This document shows, one piece after another, positions 49,802 through 50,379 of a stretch of DNA of 50,379 nucleotides; within the stretch, counting starts at the first letter, position 1; the number at the start of each line of letters is the position of its first letter. Origin of the DNA: a bacterium (lineage in GTDB: Bacteria > Cyanobacteriota > Vampirovibrionia > Gastranaerophilales > JBAXKC01); contig JBAXKC010000021.1 of assembly GCA_037137535.1 (NCBI GenBank), positions 1 to 50,379 on the forward strand, in the 5' to 3' direction. A program made the position numbers and the translations under genes. Under the pieces are notes generated by a model. It made no database searches, was not told the DNA's origin, and saw only the letters and a program-made list of their open reading frames with translations.

Positions 49802-50311
49802 ATGAATTCAATTAAATCGACAAAAATATATCTAAAAAAAGCTCTATTAGATGATATTCCGTATATTATGAACTCCGAACGTGATAAGAACAACTGTGAA
49901 TATGTGTCCCAATGGTCTGAACAACAACATATAGAGGCGATAAGCTCTCATGATAAAGAAGAATTTATTGTTTATGATAACAACAATGAAAAAGTAGGAT
50001 TTATCATACTTTGCAATATTTCAAATATTAATAAAAGCATCTTAATTCAACGAATTGTAATAAATAAAAAAAATAAAGGATATGGAAGAGAAGTTTTAGG
50101 TTTAATTAAAAAATTATGCTTCATCGAATATAAAACTCATCGTCTATGGCTAGATGTTAAAGATCATAACTTCAAAGCAAAAAATTTATATGAATCTGAA
50201 GGATTTATTACTGAAGGATTATTGAGAGAATCTTCAAAAGAAAGTGATGGATCTTTTTGCTCTCAATATATTATGTCAATTATCGACAGAGAATATTTAT
50301 CTAATTTATAG
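49802..50311 (+). CDS. GNAT-family N-acetyltransferase (RimJ/RimL-like)
   Basis: KNKGYGRE, LWLDV, NFKAKNLYESEGFITEG. Confidence 0.88.
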   Translation: MNSIKSTKIYLKKALLDDIPYIMNSERDKNNCEYVSQWSEQQHIEAISSHDKEEFIVYDNNNEKVGFIILCNISNINKSILIQRIVINKKNKGYGREVLGLIKKLCFIEYKTHRLWLDVKDHNFKAKNLYESEGFITEGLLRESSKESDGSFCSQYIMSIIDREYLSNL

Positions 50312-50379
50312 GCATATTATTAAACAAGGCTCTAGACTAGCGTGATTAACATGCTAGGATAAAATAATGAAGAATAACA

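Noticed and set aside
49639-49893. 84-aa minus-strand ORF
   Set aside because: Spans an AT-rich divergent promoter region and overlaps the GNAT start
1-50379. CRISPR arrays, IS elements, prophage genes, rRNA
   Set aside because: No spaced direct repeats, transposase, integrase or phage ORFs, and no intergenic gap long enough for 16S/23S rRNA

Overview
AT-rich bacterial chromosome segment, mostly core genome. Split rpoC1/rpoC2 with a giant trigger-loop insertion, flagellar genes (motAB, flhB, FliA-like sigma, PilZ protein) and no photosynthesis genes in the window point to a non-photosynthetic cyanobacterial-lineage organism (Vampirovibrionia/Melainabacteria; inference). Core content: rplJL-rpoB-rpoC1-rpoC2 with an L10 leader/attenuator, secA-prfB (+1 frameshift), and a tRNA-Thr/Tyr/Thr-tuf-S10-spc block that stops after rplR. 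Accessory content: a GT4/debranching-like/GH35 cluster, two diguanylate cyclases, a RpoD-like sigma, and an SF1 helicase-Vsr-like fusion. The most unusual signal is at 45.2-49.7 kb and 24.1-24.9 kb. Four proteins there have polar N/Q/S-rich N-termini and no Sec signal peptide, including a Cys-His-Asp transglutaminase/papain-like protein broken by one stop codon and an M23 peptidase. Three of them flank a stand-alone flhB + divergent FliA-like sigma pair, and three of the four share the exactly spaced upstream motif GCAAT-N14-TGTTTTWA. This is a candidate sigma-controlled regulon of type III/flagellar-exported proteins (hypothesis). No CRISPR array, IS element, prophage or rRNA was seen.
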